From Octopus bimaculoides (Eukaryota): a stretch of DNA of 64,000 nucleotides. How positions within the stretch are numbered: the stretch's first letter is position 1; each line of letters opens with the position of its first letter. The translations under genes and the position numbers were made by a program. The stretch lies in the NCBI RefSeq assembly GCF_001194135.2, contig NC_068982.1, positions 107,487,293 to 107,551,292 of the forward strand, written 5' to 3'. Below the pieces are notes generated by a model. It was not told the origin of the DNA. It made no database searches and saw nothing but the letters and a program-made list of their open reading frames with translations. Below, in pieces: positions 40,310 to 52,190 of this stretch.

Positions 40310-41339
40310 GGTTATACTGATTGTGCCTGTGGATTACATTAATTGGACAAGTATCTGTGGAATATTCAACCATTTACATAATGATTCAATGAGCAGGCAA
40401 TTCAGTTGATCTAAGAACTAAACCAAAAACAAAACTGATGGAGATTTGTTATGTCTATATTGTACATATATGTATGTATATTCCTGTTGTGTATCTGTGT
40501 GTGTGTGTGTGTGTGTAAGATAAGGTAATAAAAATCATATAACATTGTATTAAAATTGAATTAATAAAGGAAAATATAACATACAATAAAAATGAATAAA
40601 TACTTGTCTTATGTGTAGTATTATAAATAGTCTATTTGTTGACATTTTTCAGTATAAAAATATCATTCAGTGTTTGGTTAACTCTATTTAGTTTGAAGTA
40701 TGCACGAATAAGAATTTTGTGTGTGTGTGTGTGTGTGTGCATGCATGCATGTGTGTGTGCATGTGCATTTCTTATGAGCTTTAGCAGAGGTAGCAAAATA
40801 GCTAGAACTTTTCCAAAGATAAGTGTCTTATCTGTTGTTACATTATTAAATGATAAGATTGTGTAGGCAAAATAACCATTAATATCAAATATTACTGGCT
40901 ATTACATAAGATGGCAGTATCAGTAAAGTGCTGAACTAATTACTGTGTTGGATTCAGTTACATTTTTTTGTGTTTTGAGTTCAAATCTCACTTGGGTCAA
41001 CTTCTTCCCACTTGGTCAATAAATAAATACCAGTTAAGTTTTGGGGTTGTTTATATCAAATACTCTCCTAGTTTAAATAAGTGCTTCATTAATCAAATTA
41101 AGAATTATTATCATTATTAGGACATTGTATTTACAGTATTAATTGAATGTTGGGCTAAATACCAAGTGGTGTTAAATTACGGCCCTTTATGTTATATATT
41201 TTCAAATCTCTTTTTGGGGTTAAATTGATTGTCCTGCATAGTCTTAACCATGATGTCTAAAGCAAACTAAAGAACTAAATTTCTAGTCAATTATTGTGGT
41301 TGCCTGTCCTTCCATATATATATACATCTATATATACAT

Positions 41340-41636
41340 TGGTTATGATGACAAGGGTTCCAGTTGAACTGATTAAAGGGACAGCCTACTCATGAAATTA
41401 ACATGCAAGTGGCTGAGCACTCCATAAACATGTGTACTCTTAAAGTAGTTCTCGGGGAGATTCAGTGTAACACAGAATGTGACAAAGCTGGCCCATTGAA
41501 ATACAGGTACTACTAATTTTTGCCAGTTGAATAGAATGGAGCAATGTGAAATAAAGTGTCTTGCTCAAGGACACAATGCACCACTAGGAATCGAACTCAC
41601 AACCTTACAACCATGAGCCGATTACACTAACCACAT
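41340..41636 (-). mobile_element. tRNA-derived CORE-type SINE sharing its 3' tail with the 4024-4397 SINE
   Basis: Minus strand: GTGAGTTCGATTCC B-box and CCTTGAGCAAGACACTT core. The tail GAGTGCTCAGCCACTTGCA.GTTAATTTCA.GAG.AGGCTGT is shared with 4310-4380. Confidence 0.7.
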
Positions 41637-41643
41637 ACTTTCA

Positions 41644-41694
<51 letters not shown>

Positions 41695-42009
41695 GGCAAA
41701 TGAAGCTACTAGGTGTAAACCATTTGTCTTATCCAATGGATATATATATATATATATATATATAGGGAGAGAGAGAGAGAAAGAGAGAGATATATATTTA
41801 GGGAGTGGGGCATGTGCCACTGCGAAAAATAATTATTACTATTACTCCTGTCAAGGCCAACTTATTTTATCGATAGAGTTGATAAAAATAAAGTATCAAT
41901 ACAATGTTAGGTTCAATTTAATTGACTAATTCCATCCCTCAAATTTCAAGTTTTGTGCACATGTTAGCAACAATTATTATACAACGAAAAACAATTATTA
42001 TTATTAGTA

Positions 42010-42219
42010 GTAGTGCTGGAAGAATCATTAGAATGTTGGACAAAATGCTTAGTGACATTTCATCAGTCTTTAAAGTTCCAAGTTCAAACTTCACCAAAAT
42101 TGTCTTTACCTTTCATCTTTCGAGGGTCAAAGAAATTAGTACCAGCTGAGCACTGGAGTCAATGTAATCAACTAGCTCTCTCCCCACAAATTTCAGGCCT
42201 TGTGCCTTTAGCAAAAGGG

Positions 42220-42269
<50 letters not shown>

Positions 42270-42711
42270 CATTATTATTATTATTAAGTGGCAAGCTGGC
42301 AGAATTGTTAGCACACCAAGCGAAATACTTAAACAATATTTTGTCTGTCTTTACATTCTCTGTTCAAATCCCACCGATGTCAATTTTGCCTTTCATCCCT
42401 TTGGGGGTCAAACACTGGAGTTGATGTAATCAACTTACCTCCTCCCCCACAAATTTCAGGCCCTGTGCTTATAGTAGAAAAGATTATTATTATTATTAAG
42501 GTAGTGAGCTTACAAAATCGTTAGCATGCCGAGCAAAATGCTAAACAGTATTTTGCCTGTCTCCACATTCTGAGTTCAAAAATTCCACTCAGGTCAACTT
42601 TACCTTTCATCCTTTTGGGGTCAATAGAAAAAGTACCAATCAAGTACTGGGGTCAATATATTGACTACTCCCCTCCCAAAAAACTTTAGGCTTATACCTA
42701 TAGTAGAAAGA

Positions 42712-42747
<36 letters not shown>

Positions 42748-42950
42748 GCAGTATCATTATACATGTTTGAAATACATTGTGGTAGTTCTTCCAACTGTTT
42801 ACATTCTAATTCCAAATCCTTACAAGGTCCATTTTGCTTTATCTCCCTCCAGGGTCAATAAAATAAAGTGCCAGTCAAGTATTGGGGTTGATTTAGTTGT
42901 CTAACCTGGTCCCTTATATTTCTGACCTTGTGTCTATGTTAGAAACAATT
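42010..42950 (+). mobile_element. Four head-to-tail copies of the abundant tRNA-derived SINE separated by (ATT)n
   Basis: Copies at about 42010-42220, 42287-42485, 42498-42715 and 42760-42950. Confidence 0.75.
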
Positions 42951-42981
42951 GTTATTATTGTTATTATTATCATTATTATTA

Positions 42982-43041
<60 letters not shown>

Positions 43042-43280
43042 TTTATCGCTTAACATCCACTTTCCATGCTAGCATTGCTCCTTTTATGTATTGTTTGACT
43101 TTGAACAATAAAAACTGTTGACTGACAACTAAGTTGACTCCTAAATAAAATCTTGTAAGACCGGTATTGGTGACCTATTAAACAAAGAAGTGTCATCACC
43201 AGAGCACACTCAGTGCAATTAATTGGTTCACTTATGATGTTGTTTTTAATTATGTAAAATTATTTCTTCATAATTTTCAG

Positions 43281-43380
43281 ATCTTCCTTTGTTCGTCTTC
43301 GACATCTCTACACAAACACCTGGGTACACAGTACATCCATACCTGTCGACAAAGATGAAGATAAACCTATCATGAACAAG
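43281..43380 (+). CDS. ITPR: IP3 receptor exon F ([34 protein letters not shown]), phase 2-0
   Basis: ttttcAG acceptor, AAG|gtaatt donor, 100 nt. Completes the split Arg codon of exon E and matches [20 protein letters not shown]. Confidence 0.96.
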
Positions 43381-44585
43381 GTAATTATTTTCTCCAATAT
43401 ATAATTAAAAAATTTAAAACTTAATATACCATTTCACCATTGACATTCTTTGTATTCTTATCAGCTTCAGCTTTATTGTTGTGATCAAAGCTAATCTGAA
43501 CATTATCTTCAAGAAACTTTTGTTTTTGTGGAGACATTGAAATTTTTAAAAAATATTTTAACATAGATGGTCAGTGTCTTTGTCATCATCATCATTGTCT
43601 TCATAGCACTTGTCATGTTCCCAAGTCACTCCCACAACATTCAATGCTGTGAGGTGATGCAATTTTATACTTGCCTGCCATAGCCACTCTCTCTACTTTC
43701 AATCTATTCTAGAGATTTGCTTGATTTGTGGATATATGGATATAACAGGAAAAGGTGGAGTATTGTATAGTTCTAATGTTTTTGTTACAAATGTTGTATG
43801 TATTTGACAAACCAAGTGTTTATTCCAGTGTTTCATATTCTCAGTGGCAGGACTGTCAGTAGAAGTTGTTCACAACAAAGAAGCCAGTATTTCTTTATTT
43901 CATTATCATATTTGGTTTTCAAGATTCTCGATGTGAAAGGAAACAGATAGACAGACCTGGGTTAGAGAAGGCATGCCATTGAGGAAGTGACAATGACAAC
44001 AAAAAGACTTTGATAAACTTAGCTGTTTGATTAATTAACAGAATGATTAATCAAACAATCTATTAATTCTTTGATTAAATGGTTAAGCAATTGACAAAGA
44101 AATAAGTGAAATAGAACCAGTGTGTGTATCTGATTATTATTGGCATAATAACCCTCCTAGTATTTCTTTGTTGAATTTGATACCTTGTGGTGGTCAATCC
44201 AATCATGGTTTTAATTTTCTTCCCCAAAACTATCAGTAGTAGCAGCAATGTTATTTACAATTCCTAATGAATGTAAATATGAAAACAATAATAAATCATA
44301 TTGGATTAAAGAACTTTAAGTTTTTCCTATTGCTTTCATTGGTAGCATTTGTTTCTGTGCATTTTACTTTTATACTATTTCCACAGCTGCCCCCATGACC
44401 ATTGTTGTCACTACCTTTACATTGTTACTATCACATCAAAAATAACCATCAGTACCAGATTAAACTGCCATCAATACTGACCATCATTCCTCTTGTCATC
44501 ACTATTATTAATATCATTTTTAACCATCACATCTACCATGCCTGTTCACAACCATTAGTGAATTTGTCATTTTCCATTCACTTAG

Positions 44586-44746
44586 GTTGGTTGTGCTTCC
44601 ATTAAAGAAGACAAAGAAGCCTTTGCAATAGTTCCAGTTTCACCCCAAGAAGTTCGTGATTTAGATTTTGCCAATGATGCCAGTAAAGTTCTATCCAATA
44701 TTGCAATGAAGCTGGAATCTGGTTCAATAACTCAGAATCAAAGAAG
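44586..44746 (+). CDS. ITPR: IP3 receptor exon G ([53 protein letters not shown]+AG), phase 0-2
   Basis: cttAG acceptor, AAG|gtttgt donor, 161 nt. [29 protein letters not shown] signature. Confidence 0.97.
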
Positions 44747-45465
44747 GTTTGTTCTAATACTTGTAGCCTTACATTTTCCAATATCATAATGTTAATTTCC
44801 TATATCATAAAGATTAAAGTGATATAATTGTAAATATAATTGAGAAAATTTTCTTCAGATCAAATCTTTTTATGACTCTTATAACATTGTCATACTTAAC
44901 TTTTTTATCTGTATATATTATGAACAAATTAACCTAGTTCAATCTTCAACTAAGGGCAACATCCATGGAAAGTTACAAAACTTTAAGGGTGATAACTTTC
45001 AAAAAATATATTGCTTATTAATGGTCTCTGATCTCCAGCTGTTAGCTGCACAGCTAATAGTGATAACATCCACTTTGTAAATGTAAATCCTTTTTATCTG
45101 AGCTAAACCTCTTGCTCAATTTCACTTGGGCTTTACATGACTTTATCAGAGTCCACTTTGTTGCAAGCATTTGGAACAGATATTCTGTAAATGGATGAAC
45201 CATGAACTGAGATTTCATCATCTCTTTACCTCACAAGTTTTAAAAGCTTTGTAAAAGAAAATGGTCATGGATGTTGTTGTTCTTCCTCTGACTAAACCAG
45301 AAAAAAATAGGTGTTATCTTTTGTGCATGTATGCATTCACACACCATTCTACTCTAGTCAACAAAATTCAAAATCCAGAGCAACTATTTTTAATAGAATC
45401 AAATTATAAGAAAATTTATAAGAAAATATTTTCTTGAAAATAAAAATGTTCCTCTCTTGTGATAG

Positions 45466-45607
45466 GACTGTCACCCAACTTCTGTCAGACTTGCTATATT
45501 TTCTGGCCAACCAAGAGAACACTGGTGCGGACCCTCTAGAGCTAGAAGTATCTAAACCAGATCGTGAAAGACAAAAACTGCTCAGGGAGCAAAATATTTT
45601 AAAACAA
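45466..45607 (+). CDS. ITPR: IP3 receptor exon H ([48 protein letters not shown]), phase 2-0
   Basis: gatAG acceptor, CAA|gtaagt donor, 142 nt. [10 protein letters not shown] contains the R504/K508/R511 IP3 contacts. Confidence 0.97.
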
Positions 45608-45689
45608 GTAAGTTGTATTTTGCCAACTTTTCATGTGTCTGATTTCTTTTTTTTTTTTTTTTAAATTAGTTTGCATACAATAAATATGA

Positions 45690-46780
45690 ATGGCTGGGGA
45701 GATCCATCCAAGACATGTACAGGAGTGCTGTCAGTAAGATGAAAGTCAGCAATGAGTGCAGCAACAAATTTAGTGTGGCAGTAGGAGTTCAGCAAGGCTT
45801 GGTTCTCAATCCCCTTTTGTTTATATCATCGTCATCCAGGTCATAACAGAGGAATTTAAAATTGATTGCTTATAGGAACTTCTCTATGCTGATGACCTTA
45901 TTCTTATAACTAAATCTATAGTAGAGTTAGAGAAGAAATTTCAGATGTGGCAACAGGGCCTGGAATCAAAAGGCCTGAGGTGACTTTAGCAATGACCAAA
46001 GTGCTAGTAAGCAGGAAAGCAAACAAGTTACTAATCCCTTCAGGGAAATGGTTCTGTTCTGTATGTAGGAGCAGTAGAAATTCCATTCAATGTACCCAAT
46101 GCAAGCTATGGACACATAAGAGATGCATTGAAATCACAGAAAGGTTAACAGAGAAAGTAATCTTTGTGCATAGCAGATGCACAAGAGCAATATACACTAA
46201 AAACACACAGTATATAGATTTCCTCAAATGTCCAAGGTTATCCTTAGAGATGGTAGATTGTTATCATTAGCTGGGTGAGCAAATTGACAGTGGAGGAGAA
46301 TGCTCTGAAAGCATAGTTGCTACAATAAGAACTGGCTGGCCAAAGTTCAGGTAACTATTACCTTTGTTGGTAAAAAGCACCTCTCCCTCAAAGTGAAAGT
46401 CAGACTGTATGATGCTTATGTACAAACAGCTGTGCCACATAGTAGTAAAACATGGGCTGTGACTACAGCAGACATGTGAAGGCTTGACAGAAACTGGATG
46501 TGCAATATCAGTGTACATCTATGACAAGGTGTAAATGTGTTGAGAGAAACATTGGATATAAGAGGCATCAGAATTAGTGTGCAAGCGAAAAGACTGTGCC
46601 ACTATGGTCATGTGACATGTACGGATGAAGACAGGAAGACAGTTGCATAAAGATGTACTGATGGAACCTGTGGAAAAGGAAGACCTAGAAAGACATAGGA
46701 TGAAGTGCTACAAAATGACTTTCAGATGTTAAGTCACACAAAGTAAATTAAAAGCCATAAAGGCATGTTGCTTATGTCCA
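45690..46780 (+). mobile_element. Degenerate RTE LINE RT domain and 3' end
   Basis: VGVQQGLVLNPLLF, ELLYADDLIL, Cys-rich CSVC...CTQCKLWTHKRC insert, and post-RT region with frameshifts. Confidence 0.88.
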
Positions 46781-48851
46781 TGCCCCTGCATAAATTTACC
46801 CTGACGAACCTTCCCCCTGCAGCCCTTCTCTGTAACACCTCTCCCATCTTTCCACTCAGGTTTACCTCTCACTATTCCTCTCTCCTCTATCTCTCGCTCT
46901 TCCTTTGCACCCTTGTGAACCTACCTGCACACAGTGTGCCCCTGTTGAATCTCTTCCCCACAAAACATCCTCCCAACACCTCTACTTCTATTTCTGTCCA
47001 CTCACTACATTCTCTCTCCTCCGCCTCCCACTCCCCTTTTGTAATCTGAATTTACTTGCCCACTCAGCCTATCTCCTCCTTGATTCCACTCCACCATCCT
47101 GTAACTTGAGTGTACCTCCTCCCATCATATCTTCACCATCTTCTGTCTCTCCACTCTCTCTCTCTCTCACTCTCTCTTCTCTCTCTCTCTCTCACTCTCT
47201 CTTCTCTCTCTCTCTCACTCTCTCTTCTCTCTCTCTCTCTTTCTCCAACTGAGGTAGCCTTTATATCTCCTTTACTGCAAGACACCTATTTCTGACCCTC
47301 TATTCATACTCTTTTGTCACCTGGCACAAAGCCACCTCCTGGATCTTTGTGGTTTTCATCACTGTCTACAATTTTGTTCCAATTGTTTTCAAATTTGGTA
47401 TATGGATTAAGTTTTGTATACTAATTATGAAAATGAAATTCGTTTTCCATATAAATCCATAATTAAAAAGTTATTAGTCTTTAAAGTTTGCAAAATTTTG
47501 GTATTTTAACCAATCAGAAGCGAGTATTTTACACATCACCATAGTAACCAAAGATGCTGCGCATGCGCACAACGTTTGTTTTCATAACAGACAGTGCTCA
47601 CACTCAACAAATTGAAAGTGCCTAGGTATCTTTAAAGTGTGGAAACAAACGCTGGTATGGAACATACCGTTCCATGGTTGACTCTTGGTTTTGTGAATTT
47701 ATGTGGTGAAGGAGATATGAGAAAGATAATTTATTTTATAAAATCCTAGAGTGTATCGCAAACTTTTGTTCTTGAATTTTTAAAACTAATAAATGTCTGT
47801 TTTAAACAAGGATTTGACTGTTATTTGTTGCAACTCCTGTTGGGTTGTTTGTTGCCTTTAAATATTTAATTTGCTCACAAATGTTTTAATGTTAACTTTG
47901 CTCGTGTATATTCTAATGTTTTGACTGTTATTTCTAGCAAAACTCCTGTTGGTTTATTCATAGCTTTTAAATATTTAATTTGCTCATGAGCTAGTTTAAT
48001 GTTTTGACANNNNNNNNNNATGCTGGCCCCCCCCCCCTTCCTTGACCTTGGAAGAGGCAGTGAATGCGCTGTTTTCTGATTGGCTGAAAATTCTGAAAAT
48101 TATCAAAATTTCAACACCTGTAACATTTTTGCAAAATTTTTCTGGAATAAATAAGTAACAATTTCAGATTTAGCATAAAAAATTACATCTATATGATGCA
48201 TTAAAAAAAAATTTTAAAGATAATTGTGAACAGTGGCATAAATCTGAAGGGTCCTACTTTCTTCAATACTACTCACTGCTCAGTTGAGGTGCCTTGTCTT
48301 GCATGTTATTTGATGACCTCATTGCTGCTGGTGCCACATAAAAAGCACCTAGTAAACTAGCCATGGACAGCAGACTTTGGCCATATTTGCTGCCAACCAT
48401 TCAGACTTGCTCAAGTGAACCTCATCCTTGGTACTATACTAGGCAAGCATTGGAACAGGAGACTGCATTGGCAGTGGGCTGATGACTTGTAAAAGGGCTA
48501 TTAATCTATTCACCACCTGCTGAGAATCGCTCAAAACCACTCACAGTGATCATCTTTTGTCCACAAAGTTTCCAGACATTGTTTGTCAACCTTATGGTGC
48601 AATGAAGGAGAAAGATATTGTATAGTTAAATCAATTAATTTAACAGCTGAATGCCTTCCCTACCACTAATCACTCAACTTTGGATAAGGACAGGCAAAGC
48701 ACAACACAATAAATGTTGTGTCCAAACTCTGAGCCATATATTTAGTAGACTTGTTCTTTAACATCCACATGTTTGGACAAGGTACTGATTAAATTTCACT
48801 TTCAGTTAATAAACTAATTTTATCCTTCTTTTTTGTTCAAAACTTTTACAG

Positions 48852-49010
48852 ATTTTCAAAATTCTTCAAGCACCATTTAAAGATACTGGTGAAAGACCAT
48901 TTCTTCGCATGGAAGAACTTGCTGATCAACGCCATTCAAATTACCGATATATCTGTCAGTTATGCTATCGAATTCTCAACCTTTCCCAACAAAGCTATCG
49001 TAAAAATCAA
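48852..49010 (+). CDS. ITPR: IP3 receptor exon I ([53 protein letters not shown]), RIH domain, phase 0-0
   Basis: ttttacAG acceptor, CAA|gtaagc donor, 159 nt. YRKNQ corresponds to the Y567/R568/K569 IP3 contacts. Confidence 0.96.
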
Positions 49011-49907
49011 GTAAGCCAATTATTAAATTTTCATTCTTCCTTATGATTGTAATGAAACTCGGAATTTAGAAATTACAAATTAATTACTGTTTTCAGACTT
49101 CAAAATCTTCAAAACAACTCTCAATTAAACTAGGATAAACTTATGATCTATAGAAATTGATACCAATCTGTGATGGCAACAGTTAGTTCAGAGGAGGGTT
49201 CTAACAGTGTGTTAGTTGTTGCATGAAGAAAGAGTGAAGAATGTAATATTTTGGGTCACTGTCCATTGTGAGAAAGTGAGGAAATAATGTTGCTGCATAA
49301 ACTGTAAGTCCAGCATATGAACTGAGCAAAATGTGAGAAAATCTAAGAAGATATAATCTGTTTGCTGTAACTGAAAACACTTTTTTCCCTTACATCCATT
49401 TTCAACTTATTTTCTTAATGACTGTATAGATTAGAGAGGACTACTTAGTGTTTTGTAAGGAACAAGGCAAACTCTTCAACATTGGTGCCATGGATAAAAA
49501 TGCACCAAGTACATTCTGTAGAGTGGTTGACATTTGTATGTAGATGATGCAGAGTAAGAGGGACTCTTTTGTCACATCATGAGTATAACAAGCTTTCTAT
49601 TGCTGGTACTATGATAAAACACATCTTGTAAAATGCTTGGTGCTAGGAAGTACATGCAACCATAGAAACCATGTGGAAAATCAAACATACAATTGAAGAG
49701 TTGTTTTTTGCTTTGTCTAGGAAAGCAGTTACTCCAAATGGAAACTAACATGAACTGTAATATCTAGTCCTGTCCATGTCAGTGTGGAAAGTAGATTTAG
49801 ATGATGATGATGATGATAGTGGTGATGGTAGTGATGATGATGAGGATATTCTTAATTATGATGTTAGTGAAGATAATGATGATTATGATGATGCTATTGA
49901 TTTTCAG

Positions 49908-50080
49908 GAATACATTGCCAAACAGTTTCCATTCATGCAAAAACAGATTGGATATGATGTACTTGCCGAAGATACCATTACAGCTCTTCTTCACAATAAC
50001 CGGAAGCTGTTAGAAGAACACATCACTGAATCAGAAATTGAAACATTTATTGCTTTGGTTCGCAAAAACCGGGAACCAAG
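49908..50080 (+). CDS. ITPR: IP3 receptor exon J ([57 protein letters not shown]+AG), phase 0-2
   Basis: ttttcAG acceptor, AAG|gtaagt donor, 173 nt. Near-identical to the [31 protein letters not shown] segment. Confidence 0.98.
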
Positions 50081-50774
50081 GTAAGTTGATTCTGTTTATT
50101 TCTTAATCTGCAGATATTTCAAATATATGTCATCTACAGCTGACAAAAAGAGATGTAAAATTTTAAAAGGAAATTTTCTTTCAGGATTCAATTATTTCCA
50201 GAATTTTTATTTTATCATTCCTTTTATTCAGGTTTGTTAATCTTTGCATATAAAGTGAATCTTTGATCTAGGTTTTAGATCACAGTTATGCTGAAATTTT
50301 ACAATAAGTACACATTTTTTAGTAAGAAGGTGATTTTTGTTGATATTTGCTAAAAAAAAGTTTAGCAAAGGTCAAATCGCAACTAATAGCTCAGTGTGGA
50401 AATTGAACTTGATATATAGATGATTCAAGAAATAACTATGCTAGCCTCACTAAATAAAATGGTAAGTGATCCGAATTTTAAAATTTTGAATCTTCTTCCA
50501 GAAAAGTATATAAATCATATAGTGCTCAGTTTGAACAATCTTCTGAATTGCTTTCCCTAAACTGCAACAATTCTGAGTGAATCAATATTCTCAGATGTAC
50601 TGAAGAGAATCAGCATCTTTTCCAAAAACATTAATCCAAAATATAGTAAATTCATCTTGTAGTGTTTATTTGAGATATTAATAAGCCCAAATAAACTTAC
50701 AAACAAAGCTAATTTTTTAAGTTGCTTCACCAATTTTTCTTTTNNNNNNNNNNAAACACTAATATTTACTTATA

Positions 50775-50996
50775 TACAAGGAGTGCTGGAAACTTCCTAG
50801 CTCTGGGTAAAAGAAAAATACAGGAAAATCTGTTAATTATGATTTTATTCAACATATTCCCCTCTCAGATTCACATACTTATTGCAGTGGCCCTTCAGTT
50901 TTTCTAAGCTCTGTAAAAAGAACCCAGATGGTTGAGCCCCCAACCAGGCCTTTCGTGATACCCTTAAAGCCAGGAACTTTTCAGCACCGCCTCATA
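50775..50996. mobile_element. Mariner-derived MITE
   Basis: Imperfect TIRs TACAAGGAGTGCTGGAAACTTCCTAGCT / AGCCAGGAACTTTTCAGCACCGCCTCATA with TA ends. The internal segment resembles a mariner 3' end. Confidence 0.7.
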
Positions 50997-51989
50997 AACA
51001 CTTGTTGTATAAAAGGTCTACATGACTGATATAACATTTTACAAATGTTTTAGATGCTTTCATACTTGCTATTAATGTCCTTTATATCATTTATTTGATT
51101 AATAACGATGATGTTGGAGATTGATAATGATGATATTGGGAAATGTACACAAGTAAAATACATAGGAAAGCAACAAACAAGAAATCATGAGAAATTTACA
51201 TTGAATAAATGGGTGAGATCTACAAAAGCAATAAAGACACTTGAAAAATATGTATGTAATAATAAATAAAATTAATAGTATGAAACAAAAAAATAAGAAA
51301 AAAATGTCCAAAATGAGGGAGCAACCACACAGCCGACCTAGTGCCTTCTCCCATACTTGCCACCAGTCTACAGACGTATAGTTAATGTGGAATCATTTAG
51401 CAATAAGAGTTTCACCACTTACACATCACTTTCATAAAATATACTACAAGACAACACTTCTTTGTCTACCCCAGAGTGGAGCATACATTTTTTTGCCTCT
51501 TGTGGAAGGGACAGCTTCTGTTGATCCAAAGGGTCTTGTGTTTCTAATGCTCATTACAAGGAAGTTTTGAGGTGCTATGGTTAATGATACACATGCATAT
51601 ACTGAGGCTGACACATCTATTGAGATGCCTTGATAACAGCTTATCTCCTTAACTGACCTCCAGTTCTGAATCAAATGCAGACTAAGGTTGGGCCTTTGGC
51701 ATCTGAAATGTTCCCAGACATTCACTCCCTCAACCAGGTGGACCATGTGTTTGAAAGAAAGTCAGCTCTCTGTAGTGAGTTAGTGGAGAATACAAGCAAT
51801 GATTCTGGGCATCAACAAGGACAATTTGAGGAGTTCATTCTGGAAATTGAGTAATAGGGTGATGACGGAATTTAATGAGCTTAAAAATTGTAAGATGTGA
51901 GAGGGTAGTATGATGTATTTTTGACAGAGTACACAATATCTCAGTCTCTACAACTACCCTCATATAAAGGTATGCTTTGTTGTTGGTGA

Positions 51990-52190
51990 TTGGGGTCTTC
52001 TGCAGCACCACATATCATCAGTTTGCATGGTTCTTGGTCACCTCTGTGAGATACAATGTCTTCAGATCAATCTTCACCAGTTCATCCCAAACCTTCCTTG
52101 GTCTCTTACTTCCACCAAAAGTCCTCTTCTTTATGCAGCAGTCATCCTCCATACACGTCACATGCCTATACAAGCGTGACCTCTTCTCTT
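51990..52190 (-). mobile_element. RTE LINE extreme 3' fragment
   Basis: The minus strand reads RLYRHVTCMEDDCCIKK...RPRKVWDELVKIDLKTL. Confidence 0.65.

Noticed and set aside
50232-50280. Next ITPR exon (expected R-FLDYLSDLC)
   Set aside because: Acceptors at 50231 and 50271 read FVNLCI* and F* respectively. I found no matching exon up to 64000.
51444-51746. 100-aa minus-strand ORF, possibly a retroelement 3' end
   Set aside because: I could not assign any diagnostic motif.
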